From the NCBI GenBank assembly GCA_034226945.1, contig CP120453.1, positions 1,240,001-1,304,000 on the forward strand: a DNA stretch of 64,000 bases, written 5' to 3'. The DNA comes from Picochlorum sp. SENEW3. Taxonomy: Eukaryota. Below the pieces are notes generated by a model. The model worked only from the letters and a program-made list of their open reading frames with translations, was not told where the DNA came from and ran no database searches. Shown here piece after piece: positions 33,988-48,448 of the stretch; the stretch's first letter is position 1, and each line of letters opens with the position of its first letter. A program made the position numbers and the translations under genes.

Positions 33988-34848
33988 ATGTACATGTCTC
34001 TCACAGGAGGAATTGGTCTTCGCCATGCGCCATGCCTTCCTCCCCAGAGGATGGCTTTACATTCTCCTCCTACTTGTCGAGGTATTCAGTCTCTTACACG
34101 AGGCAGAGTCAGGGCGACGCAAGACACAGATAATTCAGCAACAACAAATTCCTCAACAGAACAAGACCGAATATATCAGGGCATATACGGCCCTTGGAAA
34201 GTAGAGCAAAGCGATTTGATCGAAGTTTGGACGTATAGAGTAGCAATCAGCGTTCTAGCGGCATGCTGTGTTGGAGAAAGCTTGGATGTCCTCCTTCTTG
34301 GACACCAGCAAGGTATTTTGGATGACAATCTCGCCTGCTGGGGTGGGATTATCGCCTTGGGTATTGCACTATATCAGATTCATATCTATGTAACACCCCT
34401 GAAGCGTATGCTTCAGGTGTTCTGGGGCCTTGGCACTGCTGGCTTTGTCTACCTGTCTATCTTCCAGGCATCCTCTGCCTCTGTTGTCGACTTTGTCATG
34501 GAGCATGGATGGGGAGTCTGGTGTATCGGACCTCTTTTCGCAGCGTTAACGGGTGTCACGTTCAAAGAAGGGCTTTGTTATGGTAAACCAGAGGCGTTTG
34601 CGCTGACGCTGGTGATCCCAGCGCTGTTGCTCTTGCATCTTTTTGGAGCAGGTTCAACAGAGGGTGTTGAAATGTCCTTGGATGTGGTTGCTTGCGTGTT
34701 GTTGACTGTATTTGCTCTTCGAAAGTATACTCAGGATGTGGTGGATGATATTGGGGATGGAAGTGTGTTTCGATTTCAAAAGATGTCGGATGAAGAGCAG
34801 CAAGCAGTGTTGCTCAAATTGAAGCGTCAGGAATCATCATTTTTATGA
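33988..34848 (+). CDS. Plastid integral membrane protein (DUF2301-like)
   Basis: Transit peptide; YQGIYGPW, EVWTYR, IHIYVTPLKRMLQ, GPLFAALTGVTFKEGLCY, DDIGDGSVF. Confidence 0.85.
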   Translation: MYMSLTGGIGLRHAPCLPPQRMALHSPPTCRGIQSLTRGRVRATQDTDNSATTNSSTEQDRIYQGIYGPWKVEQSDLIEVWTYRVAISVLAACCVGESLDVLLLGHQQGILDDNLACWGGIIALGIALYQIHIYVTPLKRMLQVFWGLGTAGFVYLSIFQASSASVVDFVMEHGWGVWCIGPLFAALTGVTFKEGLCYGKPEAFALTLVIPALLLLHLFGAGSTEGVEMSLDVVACVLLTVFALRKYTQDVVDDIGDGSVFRFQKMSDEEQQAVLLKLKRQESSFL

Positions 34849-34980
34849 GAAAACTGGTGATGATGATGCGACGAGGAAAATAAGCGCGTATATAGATGTA
34901 TTTTATGTATATGTTATTTATTAATGGGTGTATAACCTGTATATACTTGATTTGGCTCGATAGAAACAAGGAAAAGACGC

Positions 34981-35782
34981 ATGGCAGAAGGGACCACTGC
35001 TGCGAACGAGTGGCACCTTCGTCCACGTCATAAAGACAATCCAGTCGTTTTTTTTGGTATGTAAAATTATTAAAAGTCGTTGCATGGCCTTTTGAGTGCT
35101 GATATGATCTCTGTGTGTGTATAGATGTCAGAATTGGGGATGTGGAGGTTGGGAGATTGCAAATGGAACTGTTTGCGGATGTGTGTCCAAAGACGTGTGA
35201 GAATTTTAGACAGCTCTGTACCGGAGAATTCAAGTACGTTTGTCATACCAGAAATACATTCGTGCAACGAGGAGTGAATGAATGATGGCATGGTGTGTGT
35301 TGTAGGCAAAATGAACACCCAGTTGGGTACAAGGATTGTACATTTCATAGGGTGCGTGGGCCCAATTCGATATTCCAATAGAAGGCATCATGTATGCATA
35401 TATATTAAAAAGTATGTGACTGAATATACATGTGTTGGATGTGTAGATTATCAAGGGATTTATGATTCAAGGGGGTGATTTTACCAGACATGATGGGACT
35501 GGTGGGCTCTCTATTTATGGTAGCAAGTTTGCGGATGAGAGCTTTATTGGTAGACATACTGGACCTGGGTTATTGTCCATGGCGAATAGTGGGCCGAATA
35601 CGAACGGGAGTCAGTTTTTCATCACATGTGCCAAGACAGAGTGGTTGGATGATAAGCATGTTGTGTTTGGGAGAGTGATTGGCGATGGTATGTTGATTGT
35701 CAGGAAATTGGAGGCTGTGGCGACTGGACAGAATAATAAACCGAAATTGCCCTGTGTGATTGCTCAATGTGGTGAAATGTAA
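34981..35782 (+). CDS. PPIH: Cyclophilin H-type peptidyl-prolyl isomerase, 3 introns
   Basis: Exons translate [78 protein letters not shown]. Confidence 0.88.
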
Positions 35783-35793
35783 CAAGACTTGTA

Positions 35794-37368
35794 TTACACA
35801 GCCATTTTCATCTGGATCTTCTTGTGGGGTTTGTAGTCCACAATCTCAAAGTCATCAAACGTGAATTCATCAATATTCTTCTTCTCGGAGTTTATCCGGA
35901 GAGTTGGAAGATGGCGTGGATAATGCTGTAATTGCTCTTTGAGTGGATCCACGTGATTTGCATACACGTGTGCATCACCCAATACGTGAACAAAATCACC
36001 AGCAACCAGCCCACACACGTGTGCCACCATTCGGGTCAACAATGCGTACGATGCTATATTAAATGGTACACCGAGTCCCAAGTCGCACGATCGCTGATAC
36101 ATTTGACAGCTCAATTCCCCATCAGCAACGTAGAACTGACAAAACATGTGACATGGTGGTAGAGCCATCTCTGGAAGAGCCAATGGATTCCACGCGGTTA
36201 GCACCAAGCGCCTGTCATTGGGGTTATTCTTGATTTTATGAATGAGATCATTGAGTTGATCGACCCCTTTGCCGGAATAGTCGGCATACATGTTTGAATA
36301 CTCTGCACCAAAGTGACGCCACTGAAACCCATACACTGGCCCAAGATCCCCCTCCTCCCTCTCTGTGAGGCCAATCGAATCAAGATATTCACGAGAGCCA
36401 TTTCCATCCCAAATATGGATTCCTTTGTCTGATAATTCTGTCGCATTGGTACTTCCTTTGATAAACCAGAGGAGCTCTTCTGCCAGCCCTCTCCAAAAGA
36501 CACGCTTTGTGGTGAGGAGAGGAAATGTATGCCGCAAATTGAATCGCATCGTCTTTCCAAATTTTGAATACGTCCCAGTCCCTGTTCTATCCCCCCGAAA
36601 CGTACCCTCATCAACAATCTCCTGGATCATATCCAAATACTGAAACTCCTCATGCTGCCGAGCCATCCCTACAGGCAGCGCATCAATCGCCCTTGCCGCA
36701 ACCTCATCATCGTCTACATTTACTCGTGTGTAACATAAAAAGGAGTATCTCATTCCATCAGGAGTATCTCTCCGCGGAGAACCCGCATGCCACAGTTTGA
36801 ACCTTGTCTCATCCACCTCTGGCATGAAAGTGTCACAATCCACATCCCCTTCCACCCTCGTCAGGTGAATCGCAGACAGCAACGGCGACGCCAACGCTTC
36901 TTTATACACTTCTCCCCCTCCAATCACAAAAACATTCTCCAGAGACCCTGCCAGATCTTTCTGCAGGTAGGCCATGGCATCTTCCAAACTCCTCTTCACC
37001 ACCATGCCCCCTTCCTCCTCCATCTGGCGACTTAATACCACATTGACTCTACCAGAGAGTGGTCTAAACTTTTTTGGAATAGACTCCCATGTCTTGCGAC
37101 CCATAATCACGGCATTTTTCTTTGCAGCGTCGCGAGTGGTCGTTGTCAGTTTTTTGAAATACGCCATGTCTCCAGGCAATTTCCATGGCAGCGTTCCATC
37201 TACAAACATGACCAATCGATGTTATAAATGATTTACAAAGCAAGAAAATCGACAGAAACCCGCACCTTTACCGATGCCACCCTGACGAGTTGCCGCAACA
37301 ACAATTTGAAACACCAACATTGGTTGAGTTTGTTCTTGTGACACTGAATTTATCGTTGACACCGTCAT
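35794..37368 (-). CDS. DHFR-TS: Bifunctional dihydrofolate reductase-thymidylate synthase
   Basis: FQIVVAA...[40 protein letters not shown]; intron 37265-37200. Upstream in-frame ATGs exist, so the start is uncertain. Confidence 0.95.
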
Positions 37369-37746
37369 CTCTTCATTCGATATCGTCTCATACATACATT
37401 GAATGACAAGTGGCAAATTATGGGGCATCTCATGGCTCTAGACTCTGCATCTTCTTCTTCCCTGCCCCGAATGATATACTTCTGACCATTGACCGATTCC
37501 TTTAATGGGCCGATGGAATTGTACCTCGGTGGAACGGATCACGATGGGCATTGTTTCTAAGTTTGATTGGGCGGATCCAGTCTTCTCGGGTAAACTATGT
37601 AACAAAAGAAAAAGAATGAATGTCTGAGAACCAGAGCATTGCTCAAGGACCCTGACAACTGCTGTTTGAGATCCAACTCGCTCAACAGACATCAATCGCC
37701 CGTTACATATTTCACAGAACAGTCTTTTCTCAGCGCTGCTAGCATT

Positions 37747-38548
37747 ATGGCATCAGAACTTAGCCAATTCATAGGTACGCATGGTTGTGGGTCGAGCGTT
37801 GCTGGCTGAATTGATGTACGACTGAGTCTCTCTCCCATGTGTGTGCAGAAAAGGAGCTTCAGGCTCAGGGAATTGAGGATGATGAGGAGCAAAAGCTCCT
37901 GTCCGATTTGAAGGTCAAGGTAGGTATATAGTACTTGTTGTGCACGAGTGTTCGTATCGTGTCATCTGCTCATGCTTGGTTTTACGACATGTCTTTTTTA
38001 AAATCTCTATGATGCAGCCACTGTCTGTGGATGCTGCTCCTCTTGAGCGGTCGACATGGTCCTCTCGAAAAAATATTCTTTTTCTCGTTGGTGGAATTGT
38101 CGTGGTGGCACTGATTATAGTCGGTGCTGGGTCCTATTATAAGAAGGGTTTGACCACGAGGGATATTGCTCAGCCTGATAAGACCATGCCTCCTTTGGAC
38201 ACACGAGGGGCAGACAATCCAAGTCCCGTCAAGAAACAGCAAGAGATGAAAGAGTATGATGATTATGAAGATGATGATTACGATAAGGAGAATGAGGACG
38301 TGGTGAAGAGAGAGAAGGAGAAGAAGAAGAAAGAGGAGGAGGAAGAGAAGAAGAAGAAGGAGAAGAAGGAGAAGAAAAAGGCAGATTCGGACAAAGAGGA
38401 CTCTGCCGAGTATGAGGATTATGATTATTCCCCCGACGTGAAGACACCAGTCAAAGATGATGGGGCAGCAGCAACAAAGAAGGACAAGAACCGCAGGCGA
38501 AGCCATCGTAAACTTGCCTCATATGCCCCGCATCATCAGCTCGTATAA
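37747..38548 (+). CDS. Type II membrane protein with highly charged low-complexity ectodomain
   Basis: Exons 37747-37774, 37849-37919 and 38018-38548 join in frame; TM ILFLVGGIVVVALIIVGAG; D/E/K-rich tail. Confidence 0.65.
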
Positions 38549-38611
38549 ACTTTTTTTTATGGTTAGATATATATGATTGAATGCACACATCATCAAAAAG
38601 AAAGAATAGAC

Positions 38612-39796
38612 TCAGATGTTGAGCGTATTGTCGAAAATCCAGGAAAAGGAGACGTCAGTCTTGGCTCCCTTTGCTTTGCGGGCTGCAGCTCTATCTGAAA
38701 GTTTGCGGATTCTAGCAGGCAACTTCATCAGATATTCTTGTGCCTCCGCAGCGTCTCCAGTCACAGACCTGCCGTTCACCTCCCAACGGTCAATCAAGTG
38801 TTCCATAATGTCGCAGTAATCATTGGCATCATACACGCCAAGACTCTCTGCCACCGTTGAGAAATCATCAAACAAATTCCTGCCTTTATTCTTCTCTACA
38901 TGCTCCATATCATCCATCAAGTGCGCAGGCATGACAATCTGCTTCTTCATCATGTCTGCAAATGCCAACATGGCTCCATTTGGATCCTGTCTGAATAGCT
39001 CATCAACAATTCTAGTGTATGCAACTTCGTGACGAGACTCGTCAGAAGCAATGGCACCGCAGATTTTACTAAGAGTGTCATCACCATACTCCTGAGCTAA
39101 ACGAGCCGTGTTTCCATGAGAGATTTTTGTTGCTCGTTCCTGGAACGATGTGTACACAAATCCCAAGTATGGATTGTTTTCCGTTTTAGGATTCATCCCA
39201 CTGCCGATCAAATTCTGAATGGTAACTTCTACAGCACGCATGTTCACCCTTCCGGTCAAATAGCAAAACTTGTTCATCAAGTCCCCGTGCCTGTTCTCCT
39301 CAGCAACCCACTGCCGTGTCCACTGCGCCCAAGGTGTATTAGAAGCACCAGTCTCATCGCGTACTCCATCAAGAGTATTCAACATTGCCATATACGTTGG
39401 CAAGGCTTCTTCAGTAATCATATCCCCAATGAGAGTCACAAAGTATTCATCTGGAATATTCTTTGTCCTCTCCCTCAAATCATGCACAGCATCCAGAAAA
39501 TCAGGAGATTCTGGATCCGGCAGGAAATCCTGTGGCTGCCACAGCTTATCCACAGGCTTGAGAATAGGAAGAACCTGCTCGGCAGCAAAATCATCAAGAC
39601 TGTGAATCAACTCCAGCCTCTCTGGTGTAATGCTATGCACCACCTGTCCGTCCAAGAGAATAGGCCCCTCATTCGTCGCCGATGCAGCACACACTTGCAC
39701 TGATCTGTTTCTTCTCATACTAAGGCCGCACTTGCTGCCATCAAGCGATGGCTTTTTCGCCACCGCAGCAGGGTGCTGTCCTCCAATCACACGCAT
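38612..39796 (-). CDS. FAB2: Stearoyl-ACP delta-9 desaturase
   Basis: [39 protein letters not shown] di-iron motifs; probable 5'UTR intron 39973-39802. Confidence 0.95.
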   Translation of the reverse strand: MRVIGGQHPAAVAKKPSLDGSKCGLSMRRNRSVQVCAASATNEGPILLDGQVVHSITPERLELIHSLDDFAAEQVLPILKPVDKLWQPQDFLPDPESPDFLDAVHDLRERTKNIPDEYFVTLIGDMITEEALPTYMAMLNTLDGVRDETGASNTPWAQWTRQWVAEENRHGDLMNKFCYLTGRVNMRAVEVTIQNLIGSGMNPKTENNPYLGFVYTSFQERATKISHGNTARLAQEYGDDTLSKICGAIASDESRHEVAYTRIVDELFRQDPNGAMLAFADMMKKQIVMPAHLMDDMEHVEKNKGRNLFDDFSTVAESLGVYDANDYCDIMEHLIDRWEVNGRSVTGDAAEAQEYLMKLPARIRKLSDRAAARKAKGAKTDVSFSWIFDNTLNI

Positions 39797-40421
39797 GTCA
39801 CCTGCAACCATCCACAATTCAATCACATACACCAATCAATGGATATAAAAGATGTATTAACAGAGAATTAATACATCTCATGAAAAGATCCATGCGTAGA
39901 ACCCTCCCAAACAAGATCAGACAACCCTCTCGGGTAATGTCAAAGACACGTGAGCAATGCATCACGGACGCACCTTCTTGCCGTTGGATCTATTGTTATG
40001 TAAAATAGTAATGTTAATGGACTGTGAGATGTGCCAATGCACTCTGCCCCAAGGACCTGACACGGGTTGTCGTGTTTCTGTACGCTTCTGTTCAAGCAAG
40101 TAATGCTTGATTCGACCAAGATTCAGTGTGTATTACGATTTAAATGTACCAATGTGAGTACTGGATGTGGGATGGAAACATGTTTTGTCTGCATGCGTTC
40201 CAAGAATCGGGATCTATCTATGTGAAATAAGTAATTCCCATGCAAGGGGTCCTTGGATGGGGGATGGTGTGTTATCCATCTCTGGAGATGGATTCTGTTT
40301 CCATTCATTTGGAAACAAGATACTAAGGTGCCTGTAGAGATGAGCCATTCTCTCATAGCCACGTAGTGCCATCGTATATTACTCAAGGAAGAAAAATTAT
40401 GAAAATAAAATTAGTATTGAC

Positions 40422-41882
40422 TCACTCATCATGATCGTCATGTGTTGGTTTTGAGACAGACACCTGCTTCTTTTCAATGCCTGTGAAGCTAGGGTCTTTG
40501 ATCTTGAACACCTTGTCCAATACATCCTCGATAGCTCTATCTGGAGTTGAAGCACCCGATGTCACGCCAATGGTGATTGGTTTCTCGGGAAGCCAGCATT
40601 GTGTTTCAACAAGCTCTCCATGTGCCAACTTGTGGGTGATTGTGTTCTTCTCCACGTCAATACGGGCACCACTATCAACCCAGAATGAGGGGATGTTTTT
40701 CATCTCTCCAATCTCCTGCAAATGTGATGTGTTTGATGAGTTGAATCCACCCACGACAATCATCATATCCAATCGCTGGTCGTCTGCTGGGTCCTGGTGA
40801 GCTGTCAATTCATACACTGCATCCTGTCTCTCCTGGGTGGCATCACAAATCGTGTCCATAATCATGAAATGTTCATTCAAATTAGCTGGTCCATATTTCT
40901 TCATCATCGTGCTTTCCAAAAGCTTCCCAATCGCCTCTGTCTCTCCCTTGAGCATGGTGGTCTGGTTGGCCATTCCAATTCTATTCAAGTCGACATCTGG
41001 ATCAAATCCAGCAGACATGGCATTCTTGAATTTGGCCATAAATTCAGACTTGTCTCCTCCTTCCATGATGTAGTCGCACACATAATGCGCCTCTTTCATA
41101 TCCTTTACAATCAGATATGTTCCAGCGAACGATGCTGTGGCAACAGTCTCCTCATGGGCCCACTTTCCATGAATAATGGATGTGTGGCCTTTGCGTGCCT
41201 GATTATCCACTGCATTCCACACTTTGGAAACCCATGGACATGTCGTGTCCACAATCTGCACCTTTTTATCATTCAAAAGCCTCATTTCTTGAACAGATGC
41301 ACCAAAAGCAGGCAGAATCACCACATCTCCTTCCTTGACATTGCTAAAGTCTTTTGCCCCAACAGTCCCCCCATCTGTCGTCTCAATAAACTCGACATCC
41401 ATCTCCTTCAACCTCTGATTCACCTTGGGATTATGAATAATTTCATTTGTAATATGCAAACGCTTTCCTGGATATGCCTTGCGTGCCTCGTAGGCCATCT
41501 GCACAGCCCTTTCTACTCCCCAGCAATATCCATACGCCTCTGCCAACAACACTGTCACGTCTCCTTGCTTCCACTCATTACCTTGCTCCTTCATTTGTGC
41601 AACCAAACCAGAAGTTGAGTATCCAACGCCATGATCCTCCATTAATTCCAAACTTTCCTCGTCATTCGTTGGCTTCCTCGTATACCGCCCAGTCTGGTTC
41701 AAAGAGCGCCTGAACGCTCTAGCATCAAACGTCCCCTCTTCTTGAGACACAGAAGCACTGCATTGAATAGGACGATGGGCATAACGACCCTGATACTTCA
41801 ATCCAGAAGAAGAGAGTACTGTGCGTCGACCAAAGACCGAACTTTGTGTGGTACCCACGCAGTGAGCCATCATCGCCACCAT
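40422..41882 (-). CDS. ispH: 4-hydroxy-3-methylbut-2-enyl diphosphate reductase
   Basis: [46 protein letters not shown]. Confidence 0.96.
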   Translation of the reverse strand: MVAMMAHCVGTTQSSVFGRRTVLSSSGLKYQGRYAHRPIQCSASVSQEEGTFDARAFRRSLNQTGRYTRKPTNDEESLELMEDHGVGYSTSGLVAQMKEQGNEWKQGDVTVLLAEAYGYCWGVERAVQMAYEARKAYPGKRLHITNEIIHNPKVNQRLKEMDVEFIETTDGGTVGAKDFSNVKEGDVVILPAFGASVQEMRLLNDKKVQIVDTTCPWVSKVWNAVDNQARKGHTSIIHGKWAHEETVATASFAGTYLIVKDMKEAHYVCDYIMEGGDKSEFMAKFKNAMSAGFDPDVDLNRIGMANQTTMLKGETEAIGKLLESTMMKKYGPANLNEHFMIMDTICDATQERQDAVYELTAHQDPADDQRLDMMIVVGGFNSSNTSHLQEIGEMKNIPSFWVDSGARIDVEKNTITHKLAHGELVETQCWLPEKPITIGVTSGASTPDRAIEDVLDKVFKIKDPSFTGIEKKQVSVSKPTHDDHDE

Positions 41883-42198
41883 CACTAATCAGTATTTGTG
41901 GTTAAATATATTTCGAAATGAACGATGAATGAAAACAGTGCCATGAAAGCCAGGCGCATGACCATACTTGTCGAGTTTATCTGTTCAGATTGTGTTTAAA
42001 GTATCGATTTACAGAAAGGCGCGTCCTCTGAACATCTGAATATTCAGATGATTAACATTAATATCTAAACACGGCGTAAAGCAAAGCACCCTGTATTCGA
42101 CATGCTAGTCGCGAAATAACGCCATCCTTTTCACCACATCCAATAATAGTGAGGAATAAGTTGACAATTACCTCAAAAAGGGGGCTCCAAGTGCCAGT

Positions 42199-44226
42199 AT
42201 GTCGGGTTCTCCCCTGTTTTTGCTTGGACTCGTGCTCCAAACGTGCTTGTCAATATATCTCACTGGTGTTGGCGCAAAGACACAAGAATATACTCTGAGT
42301 CTATCAAATGATCTTGTGAGTCCTGATGGGGGGCCATCTAGGACAGCAGTGCTGATAAATGGCAAGTTGGGAGGTCCTCTGATATCTGTTGCTGCCAACG
42401 ATGTGCTCAAGGTGACGGTCAATAATTCCATGCTAGAGTATGGGAAATATTTCGGCGGTACAACAATTCACTGGCATGGATTCTCTATGAAAGGAGTTCC
42501 ATATCTAGATGGAACTGGCTACATGTCACAGTGTCCAATCTCTCCAAACACAACCATGGTGTATGAATTTCAGGTGACGGAGCTTCCTGGGACGTACATG
42601 TATCACGGCCATGAGAGTGTGCTGGTTGCAGACGGTTTGTCAGGTGGCTTGCTAGTCACTACTGGTGTTGAGGATGATGCGAAGGAAGAAGAAATTATCC
42701 TACCTCTGTCTGAGTGGTTTTCAGAACCTGCTCCAGAGCTTGCAAAACTATTGAACAGGCCTTTTGTTCCATTGAATAATACCACAAAAGAGTCAGAGCT
42801 CTTCAAATGGGTTGGAACACCTCGATCGCTGTTATTGAATTATCAGGGCTGTCATGCAGATTGTGAGTTGGGAACAAATCAAACAGACCAGACCTGCACA
42901 CCTGATCCATCGTGTGAGACACGGTACCGTGTCTCAGTCAAGCCGAATTCGTCGTATAGAATTAGAATCATCGGCGCTGGTTCATTATTACAACAGATGG
43001 TATGTTTTGAGGGACATAATCTAACATTAGTTGCAACAGATGCTCGGGAGACTGAGCCTCTTGAAGTTGGAGAATGTGTTGATGTAAACTTGGGCCAACG
43101 GATGGATGTTATATTAAACACAAGGAGCGATTCGAATCAGAGCGCCTTTTGGATAACAGGAAGAGCGCTTGGTCGAACTGGAATGCCTGCGTCATATGGT
43201 GTATTGCAGTATGAAGGTGATGACGGAACTGCGTTGCCACCATCACCTCCACAGCAGCCTGCAGATGTCCCTGTGTCGTGGGCGACAAATAACTTTGTCA
43301 TGAATATCACGTCTCCGAAGGATCGTGTACCGGAGTATGTGTCATCCAAAACACCCGGTAGACGAGTTATTATTGAAGTGGCGCAGCCAATCCTTCAACA
43401 GACTGCACAGCTGAGATGGGCCTTGTCAAATGTTGTGTACCTTGAGACACCATCATGCAATGCTACATTGGCCCAAGCCCAAGACCCCGAGTGGCTATCC
43501 TCATCAAACCCATACGTCATTGATTCGGCAGAGGAAATTGCTCGCTTAAATACATCAGATATTCCGGGCCTTGGACAGGATAAAGGAAGTGGGGAGGCAT
43601 TTGTATTCCTAAATCTCAATTTTGATAAGAGTCTGATGCCAACAGAACCGGTTGCGGGGACTCCTATTATCGAACTTGGCAGTGATGAAGTTATCGACAT
43701 CCTCCTACAAAATAACCCAGCCGAAGCATTCGGAGGAATACTGATGAACAGAACAAGCCAAGAGCAGCATCCAATCCATCTGCATGGACATCACTTTTAT
43801 GTCCTTGGATCTGGGCAAGGAGATTTTGTAGAATTGGAAAAGAACGGCACATTAAAGTCATTGCTGAATTATAAGAATCCGAGGCTTGGAGACACTGCAA
43901 CCCTCCCCATGAATGGATGGTTGTACTTGAGATTCAAGTCTGGAAACCCTGGAGTGTGGCCCATTCATTGCCATATAATATGGCACGAATTTATGGGCCA
44001 ATTAAGTCTGTTCGCGGAAGATGTACCGAATATTCCGAAAACTCCAGATGGCGTTTTGCCGCAATGTGCGACGGAATGCTATTATTCTGCTGGTAGCTTT
44101 GGCCAAAATTCATCAGATGATGAGCCAAGCGCTCCACCACCACCACCTCCTGCTGCAAGTGCAGCCATGACATATCAAGTACCAGCATTACTTGCATGGC
44201 TAGTCCTTGCCAAAATGACATTCTAG
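42199..44226 (+). CDS. Secreted, probably GPI-anchored multicopper oxidase (ascorbate oxidase/laccase-like)
   Basis: HWHG, YHGH, HPIHLHGH, HCHIIWH copper motifs; signal peptide; Pro-rich linker and hydrophobic C-terminus. Confidence 0.92.
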   Translation: MSGSPLFLLGLVLQTCLSIYLTGVGAKTQEYTLSLSNDLVSPDGGPSRTAVLINGKLGGPLISVAANDVLKVTVNNSMLEYGKYFGGTTIHWHGFSMKGVPYLDGTGYMSQCPISPNTTMVYEFQVTELPGTYMYHGHESVLVADGLSGGLLVTTGVEDDAKEEEIILPLSEWFSEPAPELAKLLNRPFVPLNNTTKESELFKWVGTPRSLLLNYQGCHADCELGTNQTDQTCTPDPSCETRYRVSVKPNSSYRIRIIGAGSLLQQMVCFEGHNLTLVATDARETEPLEVGECVDVNLGQRMDVILNTRSDSNQSAFWITGRALGRTGMPASYGVLQYEGDDGTALPPSPPQQPADVPVSWATNNFVMNITSPKDRVPEYVSSKTPGRRVIIEVAQPILQQTAQLRWALSNVVYLETPSCNATLAQAQDPEWLSSSNPYVIDSAEEIARLNTSDIPGLGQDKGSGEAFVFLNLNFDKSLMPTEPVAGTPIIELGSDEVIDILLQNNPAEAFGGILMNRTSQEQHPIHLHGHHFYVLGSGQGDFVELEKNGTLKSLLNYKNPRLGDTATLPMNGWLYLRFKSGNPGVWPIHCHIIWHEFMGQLSLFAEDVPNIPKTPDGVLPQCATECYYSAGSFGQNSSDDEPSAPPPPPPAASAAMTYQVPALLAWLVLAKMTF

Positions 44227-44587
44227 ATAGTATCAATGACGTAGAATCGTCTCCCAGATTCATATGGTGATGGAGAGCATCGCACTGTATGTCGAAATAC
44301 GTGTGCCAATTGATTGACACTGGAATGGAGGCGCCCTCTGCCAGCGACAAGGGAGCCACCCATCAGAATCATCCTACAAAATAAATCACATCGATGCAGC
44401 AGATATACGATCTCTTCCCCCACATTTACTGTCATATTATTTATCTAAGATAATTGTAATCGGAGATTGTTTCTGTATCTCGTAGAGTATTGAAAACCAA
44501 AACTACTTGGTAGTCTCTAGAAGGTTTCAGTGTCTGTGGTATACACGAATCGGTTTGTGACGCATTTGTGCACATCAAGGGCGAATC

Positions 44588-47042
<2,455 letters not shown>

Positions 47043-47287
47043 TGTTGTACGATAGATGGGCCGGATATCAGTCTATGTCTTTGATATCCTTGTTAAAACA
47101 TACTTTTTCATCCACATGCTATGCTCATATCGAACGATAAGGTCATTGATAATTAAGAAAAAGCCGGGTGTACTAAAATAGCATTTAAAAAACGTTCGAG
47201 TTCAAATAACCATCACTACAATTCCATGCGGTACTACTACTACTCCAGGCAGTCATATATTTATACATCATTAGTATATACGTAAAC

Positions 47288-48388
47288 ATGGGCGTGCGTG
47301 TGGCATCCAATCGCGTTGAGAACCACTGCAATAGAAATGGGCCGCGTTGCATGTCAACACCATGGTGGAGTCCACAGAACTCTCTTCGACGACGAATGCA
47401 ACAGTGCCGTTCAGCAGCGAACCAAAGTACTGTCACCAACTCTTCAACCTGGCTGGATGAACCCTTGAGGCACGTGATTGAATCACAGCAGTTTGACAAG
47501 AAGGCATTGTCGGAGATTTTCAATGTGTCTCGAGAGATGGAAGATGTTCGGCCAGGAACAGATGCATCAATGCAATTGCAAGGTAGGATTATGTCGACAC
47601 TCTTCTATGAGCCATCGACAAGGACGAGACTGTCGTTTGAATCTGCCATGGCAAGGTTGGGTGGAACCGTCTTGTCCACTGAAAGCGCGGGAGAGTATTC
47701 TTCGGCGGCAAAGGGGGAGACTCTGGAGGATACTATCCGAACTGTAGAGGGGTATGCTGATACGATTGTTCTGAGGCATTTCCAGGCAGGATCTGCCAGG
47801 CGTGCTGCCAATGCAGCATCTGTCCCAATAATAAATGCTGGCGACGGTCCAGGACAGCATCCAACGCAGGCGCTTCTCGATGTGTACACTATTCAACGAG
47901 AAATTGGTAGGTTGGATAACTTTAGTATCGGCATGGTTGGAGATTTGGCCAATGGTAGGACTGTGAGGTCACTGGCCTATGTCCTGTCCATGTATGAGAA
48001 TGTCAAAATGTATTTTGTGGCCCCAGACGTCGTCAAAATGAAGGATGATATTAAGGATTTTCTGACAGAACAAGGTGTTTCGTGGGAAGAAGTTGATGAT
48101 TTGAAAGCCGTGTCTGCAGACGTGGATGTTCTGTATCAGACCAGGATTCAAAAAGAGAGGTTCCAAGATAGACCAGAGGATTACGACAAAGCCAAGGGAA
48201 AGTATATTATTGATGACGATGTCATGAAGCTTTTACCAAAGCATGGTGTTATCATGCATCCTCTTCCGCGAGTGGATGAGATTGATCCAGCAGTCGATGA
48301 AGATCCTCGAGCTGCCTATTTTAGACAGGCACGGAATGGACTCTATGTTCGAATGGCTCTTCTCAAGCTGGCCCTTGCCCAAACGTAA
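47288..48388 (+). CDS. pyrB: Aspartate carbamoyltransferase, plastid
   Basis: FYEPSTRTRLSFE, INAGDG, HPTQ, HPLPR. Confidence 0.96.
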   Translation: MGVRVASNRVENHCNRNGPRCMSTPWWSPQNSLRRRMQQCRSAANQSTVTNSSTWLDEPLRHVIESQQFDKKALSEIFNVSREMEDVRPGTDASMQLQGRIMSTLFYEPSTRTRLSFESAMARLGGTVLSTESAGEYSSAAKGETLEDTIRTVEGYADTIVLRHFQAGSARRAANAASVPIINAGDGPGQHPTQALLDVYTIQREIGRLDNFSIGMVGDLANGRTVRSLAYVLSMYENVKMYFVAPDVVKMKDDIKDFLTEQGVSWEEVDDLKAVSADVDVLYQTRIQKERFQDRPEDYDKAKGKYIIDDDVMKLLPKHGVIMHPLPRVDEIDPAVDEDPRAAYFRQARNGLYVRMALLKLALAQT

Positions 48389-48448
48389 CCATATGGATAT
48401 TGTACATGTAAAACCATCAGGAGCGAATAACGTATGAAATCGTGAGAT

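Noticed and set aside
35794..37368. DHFR-TS fusion as a novelty
   Set aside because: Normal in plants, algae and many protists.
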